The translations under genes and the position numbers were made by a program. From Nitrosopumilus sp. (GTDB taxonomy: Archaea > Thermoproteota > Nitrososphaeria > Nitrososphaerales > Nitrosopumilaceae), in assembly GCA_965238275.1 (NCBI GenBank), contig OZ250186.1, forward strand, positions 832,001-896,000: 64,000 bases of DNA, written 5' to 3'. Below are positions 1-9,085 of this stretch, in pieces; the first letter of the stretch is position 1; the number at the start of each line of letters is the position of its first letter. The notes beneath the pieces were generated by a model, which saw only the letters and a program-made list of their open reading frames with translations, was not told the DNA's origin and did no database searches.

Positions 1-263
1 ATTGGAATCGAGTCGTCCTGCACCGAATCCTCCGGAATATCCTCGGGGGCATCCTCCGGAATATCCTCAGTGGCATCCTCCGGAGCATCCGTCCTTGGGG
101 CCATCTGGGATGCCCTTGTAAAACTGGATCCCTTCAGAACCGTATCCAGAATGCGGAGGTTCTTCTCCAGGGAATCGATGGCCTCCTGGTGGTCGCTTAT
201 CTTTCTGGCCAGTTCCTCCTTGAGCGTTACAATGTCCCTTATCTGCTCCTCTGAGAACATCAT
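1..263 (-). CDS. hypothetical protein, runs off window start; coiled-coil N-terminus then acidic PEDA/PEDI repeats
   Basis: Manual translation from ATG at 263: MMFSEEQIRDIVTLKEELARKISDHQEAIDSLEKNLRILD..., open to the window edge; not in the ORF track. Confidence 0.7.
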   Translation of the reverse strand, partial: MMFSEEQIRDIVTLKEELARKISDHQEAIDSLEKNLRILDTVLKGSSFTRASQMAPRTDAPEDATEDIPEDAPEDIPEDSVQDDSIP

Positions 264-319
264 GATTAGATGATCGGCAGATTGGGTATTAAATGCATTC
301 CAGCCAGTACTGGCATGCG

Positions 320-1072
320 TCACTCTGCAGAACTACCTGCCATCAGCCCCAGCGTTTCATAGGATATCCTTTCAAATCCCCGAATCGGCCTTGACGTGGT
401 GTACAGCCCGGTTCCCGTGTGTACTGCAAGCCATTCCAGAAGCTCCTGACCCTTTTTGAGCTTTGCAAGCTTTGTCTGCCTGTCCTGTATTGGCGTGCCA
501 GAATGCCTCCCGATCCTGTCTCCAAAATCCATCCCAAACAGGACTATTCTGTCTGCGCCATAGTGGCTTGCAAGAAAGACTGCCCTGTCCCCGTCGGTAA
601 ACCCCCCAAAGTTTTGAATCCTGCCTGACTGTCCTGACTGGGCCGTCCCGATGCAGTTTTTGAACCTTCCTGCAATGTGCAGCCTGTCCCGGTTGTCCCC
701 GTGGGCATGCACGACGAATATGGTCTGCGTATCTGCCATCCCATCAAAAAGGTCCAGATCCCCGTCCAGATCGGTAACTATGACATCCGGCACGATTTGG
801 TTCCTCATGAGCAGTCCTGCCGAGCTGTCAGCTGCAATTATCACCGCCCCTTCCCTGTATCTCCTGAGATGCCTTACTGCAGACGGCAGCGAGGGCCCGG
901 CACCTATCACAAAGATTGTACTGCCGCGTATCATCCTGGCGATTCTTGCCTCCGCGTCAGATTCCCTTATGATGGTTCCAAGAAGGGCAGCCGATCCCTC
1001 GTCCTTGTCCCTGTCATACCCGAACTCCTTTAGGATCCGGGCATACTGGCGCTCCCAGTCCGGAATGGTCAT
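320..1072 (-). CDS. mptE: 6-hydroxymethyl-7,8-dihydropterin pyrophosphokinase (DUF115/MptE family)
   Basis: Motifs IGAGPSL, VTDLDGD, VHAHGDN, NFGGFTDGDRA; divergent from dihydropteroate synthase; start reassigned to MTIPDW at 1072. Confidence 0.85.
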   Translation of the reverse strand: MTIPDWERQYARILKEFGYDRDKDEGSAALLGTIIRESDAEARIARMIRGSTIFVIGAGPSLPSAVRHLRRYREGAVIIAADSSAGLLMRNQIVPDVIVTDLDGDLDLFDGMADTQTIFVVHAHGDNRDRLHIAGRFKNCIGTAQSGQSGRIQNFGGFTDGDRAVFLASHYGADRIVLFGMDFGDRIGRHSGTPIQDRQTKLAKLKKGQELLEWLAVHTGTGLYTTSRPIRGFERISYETLGLMAGSSAE

Positions 1073-1100
1073 ATGACTAAAATTGTCCGGACACCCATAA

Positions 1101-1985
1101 ATGATTATGACCGTGATTGGAGGCGTGCGGGTGGGCAGACCCCACAGGATCCGCATAATGGGAATTCTCAATACCAGTCCCGAGTCATTCTACAGCGGGT
1201 CGGTCCGCACCGGCAATACTGCAATACGCGATGCTGCTAGGCAGATGGAGGATGACGGGGCCGACTTTATCGACGTGGGGGGAATGTCCACTGCGCCATA
1301 CCTTCAGACCATGATATCCGAGGGAACGGAGCGGGATCGAATTCTTAACGCGGTGCGCATAATCCAGGACGCATCAAACCTGCCCATATCAGTTGACACC
1401 TGCAGGGCCTCGGTGGCCCGGGCCGCCATGGAGTGCGGGGTTCGGATAATTAATGACATCACAGGACTAAAGTACGACCCGGAGATGAGGAATGTGGCAT
1501 CCAGGTATGCACCGTCCCTAATCCTGTGTGCGTACAGTTCCCGGCCTGTAAAGGGGAACCACGTGGCTGTCGCATCCGGACTATTACAGGAGAGTCTGGA
1601 TATTGCAAGACTTGCATCCGTCCCGGCAAACAAAATAGTGCTGGATCCGTCGATAGGATTATTCAGGAGGGATGGGAACGGCCCGTTCCATACAAGGATT
1701 AGGGGCAGCTGGGTATCCCGGGATCTTGCCGTGATCCGGAATCTAAAGCATATATCCCCAGACATTCCAATCATGGTATCCGTATCCAACAAGTCGTTTC
1801 TCGGATACCTGCTGAAAGAGGATGATCCCTCCCGAAGGCTGGCAGGATCCATTGCAGCCGAGACTGTGTCTGTCATGTCAGGCGCCAGCATCATCCGCAC
1901 CCACAACGTAAGGGCGGCCCGCGATGCGGCAACCGTTGCCACTGCGCTGATGCGTAGCAGCAGCAAGGACTCGGACGGTTGTTAG
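1101..1985 (+). CDS. folP: dihydropteroate synthase
   Basis: IMGILNTSPESF, DVGGMST, ISVDT, INDITG, LDPSIG, SNKSF, IIRTHNV motifs. Confidence 0.92.
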   Translation: MIMTVIGGVRVGRPHRIRIMGILNTSPESFYSGSVRTGNTAIRDAARQMEDDGADFIDVGGMSTAPYLQTMISEGTERDRILNAVRIIQDASNLPISVDTCRASVARAAMECGVRIINDITGLKYDPEMRNVASRYAPSLILCAYSSRPVKGNHVAVASGLLQESLDIARLASVPANKIVLDPSIGLFRRDGNGPFHTRIRGSWVSRDLAVIRNLKHISPDIPIMVSVSNKSFLGYLLKEDDPSRRLAGSIAAETVSVMSGASIIRTHNVRAARDAATVATALMRSSSKDSDGC

Positions 1986-2038
1986 AGACTGGCATCCCCC
2001 GGATATGGCCGGTTGCGCACGGCATCCAATACCTGAAT

Positions 2039-4060
2039 TTACAGTTTCAAAAGCATCCTTACAAGCCGATATAAATTGCCAAAACCCTGCTGGCTCATTC
2101 CGGACATGTATTGAAAATCACTTCTTGTAGTGTAGTTTCCGTTTGTCATGCATGCCGCATAAAGCACTGCAGCTGCAAGCCCGCTTGGTCTTCTGCCCAC
2201 GCCTCCGCCCGTATTGGTAATCCTGTCTGCATATTCCAAAGCCAGCTGTGTTGTTTTGGCGTCAGGACGTATCTGTTTAGAGTGTGCCATGATGTATTTT
2301 TTTATTCTTACGTTGGAATCAAAAGGATTTTTCGAATAAACATTAAGACCGATCTTCCTCTTTGCCTTGATGAAAACCTTGTTGTTCTGACTCACCTTTG
2401 TCAAATAATTGGTTCGTTGCAGATAGTCTATCCTGTTTCGAATTGCCTTTTCTGTTATATCTCCTCCCTCAAGCAGTTCTATTATGCCTTCAAGAGGGAT
2501 TGTTTCTTCCCTGATTATTCCCTTTATTTCATTGTCCAGTGCGCGTTTAATCAGTCTCTTATACCATGGCAATGGAATACCTGCCTGTTTCTGAAGGTAA
2601 TCTAGGCTTTCTAAAATCTGACTCGAAAAATTTGTTTTTGTGTCATGTTCCTGTCTGATTATCTCCTCCCATACCGTCTCCCATTCAAACTCTCCTGCCC
2701 GCACTATCAGTCCCATGTCCTGAATGTCGCCTTCCCTTGATGTCACAGCTTTTAGTAAAAACAGGTCTTCGTTGCAAAGAGTGTACAGATTCAGCCTGCC
2801 AAATTTTTCATGCGTGGCCCTTTTGATCATGCCATCCGAGAGTAGCAGCTTTTTTGCGATTCTGGTTTTGAACAGATCCACGCGGCTTCTTGCAGGATGC
2901 TCAAATATGTCAAACGGGTCTGTCCTGTTGTCATCCTCTGTGAAGCGTGATCTGTTTATGGACGCATATCCGATCTTCTCTAGGGCATTGACAAGCTCCT
3001 TTTCATGCTTCAGATCCGTTACAACGATGTCACAGTCCTTTGTTCTTTGCTTGATTCCTTTTTTTCTCATGTTCTCCCCTCCAAACAGATAGGCATCCAC
3101 TGGAACTGCCAGCTTGTCTCCAACCTCCTCAAAAAGCTCTGGATATGCGTTTGGGAGAGTATACAGTTCTGGGGGCATGTTGTACAGTCTTGCCTTCTCT
3201 TCAAATTCGGCCCTTGGCAGAAACAGCCTGTTGTTGGTTACGGGATTGTTTCTAATGTATCCCTCAATGTCCAGCCAGACATCAGATACCGAGTACAGTC
3301 TTGCCGTCGGCCTTATGTCTGCTGTATCCATCCTGCTTCTGTTCCTGAGATAGAACAACACGCACATTGTAGTCTCACTTTTGTTCTGATCTTTTACGGC
3401 CGCCACTATGGCATGAACCAGTACCTCCTCAATCCTTAACGGGGAATCCTGTCTTGCATAGTAGTCGTGCGTGGTATGGTATTCGATGCCGTAATCCCAA
3501 AACATGGAAAATCCAGTAAGCTCTCCCTTGATTTTTTTGCCTTTCTTGGCCTTCTTCAGCACCCTCAGGCTGTCTTGATAAATTATCTCAGAATCGGGTT
3601 CTATTAATGACAGCTCCTTTTCCGTCTTCAAATATTTTGCAAAAAGAAGAACCGTTTCCCTGTCCTGCCTTATGTGAATCCTGTCGTGGTTTCTCCTCAC
3701 TATTCCCACAGAGTCAAAATCCGATACTGCCCGCTGGACTGTTCTCAGGGAGAGCCCTGTGGCATCCTGCATCTCTTTGATCGTTGCAGGCTCTGTCATG
3801 TTGCACAGTACTGCTTCGTTTGAATCGTGAAGCAGGATCTGGACATCATACTGTTCTGCCACTTTGCTGAATAGTGCATATTTTGGATTGTGGTTCGTTC
3901 TCAAAACACCTCTGTCCCTGTTCAGATAGTTTTGGCTGATCAAATCATTTGCCAGCAGGTTGAGGTGGGACTCGCTTATTCCCAGAATCTGCCCTAGTCT
4001 GGACCTTTCTCCTATTCCCTTGCTCACCTGTTTTAGCAGTCGTATTGATGATTTTTTCAT
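2039..4060 (-). CDS. multidomain protein: tandem wHTH + DUF6036/AbiEii-like nucleotidyltransferase + wHTH + C-terminal TFIIB-type cyclin repeat
   Basis: HTH TIKEMQDATGLSLRTVQRAV; NTase LFGGENM...TKDCDIVV and LFLLKAVTSREGDIQD; C-terminal GRRPSGLAAAVLYAAC typical of TFB; low-GC islet; start reassigned to MKKSSI at 4060. Confidence 0.75.
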   Translation of the reverse strand: MKKSSIRLLKQVSKGIGERSRLGQILGISESHLNLLANDLISQNYLNRDRGVLRTNHNPKYALFSKVAEQYDVQILLHDSNEAVLCNMTEPATIKEMQDATGLSLRTVQRAVSDFDSVGIVRRNHDRIHIRQDRETVLLFAKYLKTEKELSLIEPDSEIIYQDSLRVLKKAKKGKKIKGELTGFSMFWDYGIEYHTTHDYYARQDSPLRIEEVLVHAIVAAVKDQNKSETTMCVLFYLRNRSRMDTADIRPTARLYSVSDVWLDIEGYIRNNPVTNNRLFLPRAEFEEKARLYNMPPELYTLPNAYPELFEEVGDKLAVPVDAYLFGGENMRKKGIKQRTKDCDIVVTDLKHEKELVNALEKIGYASINRSRFTEDDNRTDPFDIFEHPARSRVDLFKTRIAKKLLLSDGMIKRATHEKFGRLNLYTLCNEDLFLLKAVTSREGDIQDMGLIVRAGEFEWETVWEEIIRQEHDTKTNFSSQILESLDYLQKQAGIPLPWYKRLIKRALDNEIKGIIREETIPLEGIIELLEGGDITEKAIRNRIDYLQRTNYLTKVSQNNKVFIKAKRKIGLNVYSKNPFDSNVRIKKYIMAHSKQIRPDAKTTQLALEYADRITNTGGGVGRRPSGLAAAVLYAACMTNGNYTTRSDFQYMSGMSQQGFGNLYRLVRMLLKL

Positions 4061-4070
4061 TTTCAGTGTC

Positions 4071-4095
4071 TTAAGATAGCATATCTTAATATATA
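4071..4095 (-). promoter_or_regulatory. operator-like palindrome overlapping a TATA-like box
   Basis: Perfect inverted repeat TTAAGATA-gca-TATCTTAA (4071-4089) 11 nt upstream of the ATG at 4060, abutting a TATATAT tract. Confidence 0.55.
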
Positions 4096-4360
4096 TCCTA
4101 TTCTGTGACACTGAAATATCCATGTGGCTCCAGAATTGACTGAAACCACCGAGCATTCCAACCCCATGCCAACCGTCGTTTGGACTGTGGCCGTATGCAC
4201 AAGGGGAGGGGATCACGCAAACGACATCAATCATTGCTCATGGTAATGATTGCTAGACGACTGCATACGGTGCTGACGCCCTAGATACGGCAGTCCCGAC
4301 TGCCAGTATCCTCAAAACAAAGGCTTATAATCAATATGTACACTTCCTAACAAGGTTTCA

Positions 4361-5791
4361 TTGGAATTCAGAGAGGGGTTGACATTTGACGATGTTCTCC
4401 TAGTTCCCAAATACTCCAACATTACAAGCAGGAGCCAGACTGATCTGACCACCCGGCTGTCCCGCAACATCTCAATCAACATTCCGTTTGTAAGTGCAAA
4501 CATGGACACTGTCACCGAGTCCTCCATGGCAGTGGCCATGGCCCGGGCAGGCGGAATCGGCATCATACACAGGTTCCTGACGATAAGGGAGCAGACAGAC
4601 GAGGTCCTCAAGGTAAAGCGGTCAGGCAGCGTCATAATAGAGAACCCGTACCTGATATCCCAGGACAGATCCGTTCAGGATGCCATGAACTACGCAACAG
4701 AAAAGGATGTATCCGGACTGCTGGTGGTGGACTCTGAGTCCCGACTGGTCGGAATAATGACTGACAGGGATCTGCTGTTTGCCGATCCGCAGAACACCGT
4801 CATGGAGTGCATGACCAAGGACGTCATCTCTGCAAGACCCGGGGTGACCCTTGATGTCGCAAAGGAGATGCTGCACAGGCACAGGATCGAAAAGCTTCCC
4901 ATTATTGACGACTCTGGCAAGGTCATGGGGTTGATTACAAGCAAGGACATTACAAACATTGCAGACTTTCCAAACGCCTCCAAAGACGGCAAGGGCCGTC
5001 CGCTGGTGGGCGCAGCAGTGGGAGTCCGGGGGGACTTTCTGGAAAGAAGCGAGTCCCTGCTGGATGCGGGGGCAGACGTGCTTGTAGTGGACATAGCACA
5101 CGGCCACAGCGAAAACGCACTTAATGCAATCCGCAGCATCAAAAAGGCGTTCCCGGACGGAGAGCTGATTGCAGGAAATGTTGCAACCGCCAATGGCGCC
5201 CGGGATCTTATCCGGGCCGGAGTCGATGCCGTAAAGGTGGGGGTTGGTTCGGGCTCCATATGCATAACCCGCGTAATTACAGGCTCCGGCGTGCCGCAGC
5301 TTACTGCGGTAATGGACTGTGCACAGGTGGGGCGAGACGAGAACATCCCAATAATCTCAGACGGGGGCACGAGAAACTCCGGCGATGCCACCAAGGCACT
5401 GGCATCCGGTGCGTCATCAGTCATGGTGGGAAGCATGCTGGGAGGAACAGACGAATCTCCGGGTACCGTCCTGACAAAGAACGGAAAGCGCTTCAAGGTG
5501 TACCGCGGGATGGCCTCGCTTGCAGCATCCCTGGGACGCAAGTCAAAGGAGACCGGCCAGACATTCATCGACGACGAGATCAACGACTATGTGGCAGAGG
5601 GCGTCGAGGCGATGGTTCCATACAAGGGAACCGTAGTAGACATACTCAAGCAGCTTACAGGCGGGGTGCGCTCCGGCCTGAGCTACTGCGGGGCACACAC
5701 CATACTCCAGATGCAGGCAAATGCCGAGTTCATCAAGATGTCACGGGCCGGATTTGCAGAAAGCCAGCCGCACGATGTCTCACTGATGTGA
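4361..5791 (+). CDS. guaB: inosine-5'-monophosphate dehydrogenase with CBS domains
   Basis: LTFDDVLLVP, SANMDTVTE, catalytic GSGSICITR, YRGMAS, EGVE motifs. Confidence 0.97.
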   Translation: MEFREGLTFDDVLLVPKYSNITSRSQTDLTTRLSRNISINIPFVSANMDTVTESSMAVAMARAGGIGIIHRFLTIREQTDEVLKVKRSGSVIIENPYLISQDRSVQDAMNYATEKDVSGLLVVDSESRLVGIMTDRDLLFADPQNTVMECMTKDVISARPGVTLDVAKEMLHRHRIEKLPIIDDSGKVMGLITSKDITNIADFPNASKDGKGRPLVGAAVGVRGDFLERSESLLDAGADVLVVDIAHGHSENALNAIRSIKKAFPDGELIAGNVATANGARDLIRAGVDAVKVGVGSGSICITRVITGSGVPQLTAVMDCAQVGRDENIPIISDGGTRNSGDATKALASGASSVMVGSMLGGTDESPGTVLTKNGKRFKVYRGMASLAASLGRKSKETGQTFIDDEINDYVAEGVEAMVPYKGTVVDILKQLTGGVRSGLSYCGAHTILQMQANAEFIKMSRAGFAESQPHDVSLM

Positions 5792-6065
5792 GATCCTGCA
5801 GGCAAGGATTTTGCGTATGCAGGTTTGGTATGGTGTTGCCTGCCACATTGGGCATAAAGACTCAGATGCACGTACGGACTTGAGAATGTGACCGATGAAA
5901 TACGGTACCGCCAAGATCCTTAATTTTAAAAAAACGTGGTCAACACTGCCTGTCCGTATTGCTTCCAGACCGGCATTGAATACATCATGCAAATTCGTGT
6001 CTGGATGGATAACGCGCATGACGCTGTTTTTTAATATTTTTATACATCCGATGCCGTATACTGTC

Positions 6066-6317
6066 ATGCCACAGGTCAGTACCGCTGATGACATAGAACG
6101 AGAATCAAGGCGGGTCATAGGTGCATTGTACGGCGATGTCAGCGACTTTCGGGTCAACGCAACGTTTCAGATTCCGGAGAAGGGGCCACGGGAGGCATGG
6201 GACGTGCAGGTAAACTTTATGCTCAACTCCCTAAAGTATACCGTCGATCTTGAGATGCAGGAAAAGGACGGCCAAGTAACCAATGCCAGACTAATCGACA
6301 CCATGACACCTCTCTAA
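6066..6317 (+). CDS. conserved hypothetical protein
   Basis: ORF MPQVSTADDIERES... with a TATA-like tttttata upstream; start reassigned. Confidence 0.6.
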   Translation: MPQVSTADDIERESRRVIGALYGDVSDFRVNATFQIPEKGPREAWDVQVNFMLNSLKYTVDLEMQEKDGQVTNARLIDTMTPL

Positions 6318-6336
6318 TTTTTAAAATCTCTCAAGC

Positions 6337-6861
6337 CTATACTGTCAAAATCTTCTTTGCTTCCTTGATCCTTCCAAGCAGGCTGTTGATGTAGGTGTCT
6401 GCAAACCGCTCAAACGTTACATATTCGTTGGCCCTGTCCAAGCTCTTCTGCTTTTTGTACTCTGCTTGCAGCCATTCAAAATCGGACTCCTTGAGGCTGA
6501 TGGCGCAGTTCTGGGAGTCAAACTTTGACTCTATCACGTTGGCGATGAAATAGCTGACAAACTTTGTAAAGCACTTTACCCTGTACTTCTCATAATACTC
6601 CTCCCCAAGCTCCGTATGGTTTGCCTCCAGCCACTGTTGTATATCCGACCTGATGGTCATGGTGTTGTATCGTCCCGAGAGATCAAGCCTGATCCTGTGC
6701 GGCTCCACAGAGTAGTAGCCGCGCCTTACCTCATTCATCATGATGATCAGCGTGCTTGGAAGAAACATTCCGGGATAATTCTTGTCTGTTACATCCTGCA
6801 GTTTTGCAATGATCGCAGGCTTCAGGCCCACGGTGGCATAGCCTTTTCCGGGCATACCCAA
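6337..6861 (-). CDS. hypothetical protein, possible DNA-binding
   Basis: 174-aa ORF with normal composition, MPGKGYATVGLKP start. Confidence 0.6.
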   Translation of the reverse strand: MGMPGKGYATVGLKPAIIAKLQDVTDKNYPGMFLPSTLIIMMNEVRRGYYSVEPHRIRLDLSGRYNTMTIRSDIQQWLEANHTELGEEYYEKYRVKCFTKFVSYFIANVIESKFDSQNCAISLKESDFEWLQAEYKKQKSLDRANEYVTFERFADTYINSLLGRIKEAKKILTV

Positions 6862-7003
6862 TAGACTGGTCTGATGCTTATATCATTTTCAGATTCCCAT
6901 ACGTATCTGTCCTTGCCAATCCAAATGTGACGTCGCATCCTGTTCGGGTATCGCTCCCCGGCACCATCCATGCTTCTGATTCTGCACCGCAGACGGTTCC
7001 GTA

Positions 7004-7168
7004 CTACTTTTTCTTGAACTCCTTTATCAGCCGGATTGCCACCCACACCGTTCCCATTATCATGGTTCCGACGCCAAGGCCGCTATAGAACGGATCTTCT
7101 CCACCGGTCTGGCTCAGGCCGATCCCCAGTATGATCAAAATGACTGCAAACGCATACTGCTTGTCCAT
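7004..7168 (-). CDS. small two-TM membrane protein (54 aa)
   Basis: Manual translation MDKQYAFAVILIILGIGLSQTGGEDPFYSGLGVGTMIMGTVWVAIRLIKEFKKK*, preceded by GGGAG; below the ORF track cutoff. Confidence 0.6.
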   Translation of the reverse strand: MDKQYAFAVILIILGIGLSQTGGEDPFYSGLGVGTMIMGTVWVAIRLIKEFKKK

Positions 7169-7447
7169 GTCTCCCTTGGGGCTGATGAACTAATAAGATT
7201 TTGAAGGCGTTGCGGTACCTGGTCCATGTCGGCCCCGGAATGGGATTTCTGACCATCGGCGATCCGTCATCTGCCCGCAGAATACCGGTTCCCGGATTTG
7301 ATCCGTTTGTGCATCAAAAACGCACAAAAACTCAAAAATCACACAGTTTTTCTAAGAAAATGTACTATACGCATTATTTTTACACACTAAAACGTATTAT
7401 ACCTGAAAATTTCAATATTTATATAATTTCACGTGTATATCTAATGG

Positions 7448-9034
7448 ATGGCAGAGGTTGACGGATTTGGTGCTGCAATTATCGTATTCATCATAATCAC
7501 GCTTGTAGTGGGCGTCCTTGCAGGCAGGCTGGTAAAAAAGAGCGGCAAGAGGCTGATAATTGCAGGCAAGAGTCTGCCGCTGGTCATGGTAGGAACAATG
7601 CTTGCAGCACAGGCAGTGGACGGAAACTCGTCACTGGGAAACATCTCGCTGGTCTTTCAGTTCGGATTCTGGGCCGGGGCCGTCGTTCCGATAGGTTTGG
7701 GAGTGTGCCTGCTGGTGGTTGCCGCATTCTATGCCAAGCCGCTAAACAAGATGTCGATGATCACCCTGCCTGACTTTTACTACAGAAGATTCGGAAACGG
7801 GGCCGAGGGGATATCCGGCGTGCTCATGATTCTCAGTTTTATCATTCTTGTGGCAGGAAATCTGGCTGCCAGCGGGTTCATTCTAGAGGTCGTATTTGGA
7901 ATAGACTATTTCTGGGGCGTGTTGATCTCATCTTTGGTAGTCGTGGCATATACTATAGCCGGGGGACTGTTTGCCTCTGCATACACGAACCTCTTCCAGG
8001 TGTATCTTGCAATAGGCTCGTTCTGGGCAGCATTCCTGTTCTTTGGCGGCGGCTTTTCAGAGGTGCCGTGGGACGTCATATACAACAACGCTCCGCCGGA
8101 GTTCTTGGATCTCTCGGGACTGTATGATATCGCCAACGGGGCCCTGATCAACTGGGGTGCCATACTTGCACTGGGACTTGGAGACATCATCGCACTTGAC
8201 TTCATGGAGAGGGTGTTCTCTGCCAAGAATCCAAAGACTGCAAGGAGGGGCGCCCTCATGGGAGGCGCACTGACACTCTTTACAGTTATTCCTACCAGCA
8301 TGCTGGGAATCGTGGCATTCTACTATCTTCCCGGAGACACACTGCCTGACTTGGCCCTGCCACTGCTTGCCACGGAGTTCATGCCGTTTGCCATAGGGGC
8401 CTCCATACTGATGGGGGTGATCGGGGCATCCATGTCCACTGCAAGCGGGGGGCTGCTGGCCATATCAAGCGTGGTTTCTCGGAACCTGCTACAGAGGATA
8501 ATCCGGCGCAGGTGGCTGGGCAAGCAGGCCTGGAGCGACGGCAAGCTGCTTGTAACCACGCGGATTGTCATTGCCCCCATGATGATAGCCGGCGCCACCC
8601 TGGCATACTTTGTACCGGCACCGGGGGTCTTTCTCGTGCTGGCATTTGATATCGTCTTTGCCGGAGCCTTGGCGCCTCTCACATTCGGACTGTTCTGGAA
8701 GAAGGCAAACATGCCTGCAGCCATTACCTCCCTGCTTGTAGGATCATTCCTGCGGCTGGCGTTCTTCTTCGTAATTCCACTAGAGTACGACGGAATAGGC
8801 TCAATGATACCGCCTGCAGTCTCGTTTGTACTGTTTATAGTGGTCGCACTTGCAACCCAGAACAGGTATCCAGGAAAGGCAAGGCACGACATAAGGGACT
8901 ATGTTCCGCCCGAGGAGGATATCATTGCCGGCGAGGATCTCAAGCACTTTCAGGAGAGCGACGAGTCGCTGTCCGGCGTACAGAACACAGACACGTCGGG
9001 GCCGGACTCTGGCATGGCGCACAAGAACACCTGA
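7448..9034 (+). CDS. sodium:solute symporter (SSS/SLC5 family)
   Basis: About 13 TM segments; ITLPDFYYRRFG, YTIAGGLFASAYTN, ASMSTASG motifs; TTTATATA box at about 7418. Confidence 0.9.
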   Translation: MAEVDGFGAAIIVFIIITLVVGVLAGRLVKKSGKRLIIAGKSLPLVMVGTMLAAQAVDGNSSLGNISLVFQFGFWAGAVVPIGLGVCLLVVAAFYAKPLNKMSMITLPDFYYRRFGNGAEGISGVLMILSFIILVAGNLAASGFILEVVFGIDYFWGVLISSLVVVAYTIAGGLFASAYTNLFQVYLAIGSFWAAFLFFGGGFSEVPWDVIYNNAPPEFLDLSGLYDIANGALINWGAILALGLGDIIALDFMERVFSAKNPKTARRGALMGGALTLFTVIPTSMLGIVAFYYLPGDTLPDLALPLLATEFMPFAIGASILMGVIGASMSTASGGLLAISSVVSRNLLQRIIRRRWLGKQAWSDGKLLVTTRIVIAPMMIAGATLAYFVPAPGVFLVLAFDIVFAGALAPLTFGLFWKKANMPAAITSLLVGSFLRLAFFFVIPLEYDGIGSMIPPAVSFVLFIVVALATQNRYPGKARHDIRDYVPPEEDIIAGEDLKHFQESDESLSGVQNTDTSGPDSGMAHKNT

Positions 9035-9085
9035 GTCCCTCCCTCCCTCCGTATGTTTTAATATTTTATCGATGATGTGGAATAG

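Noticed and set aside
7170-7447. Guanidine riboswitch upstream of the symporter
   Set aside because: No recognisable ykkC, mini-ykkC or ykkC-III motif, and the TATA box is ~25 nt from the start, implying almost no leader. An Rfam scan would settle it.
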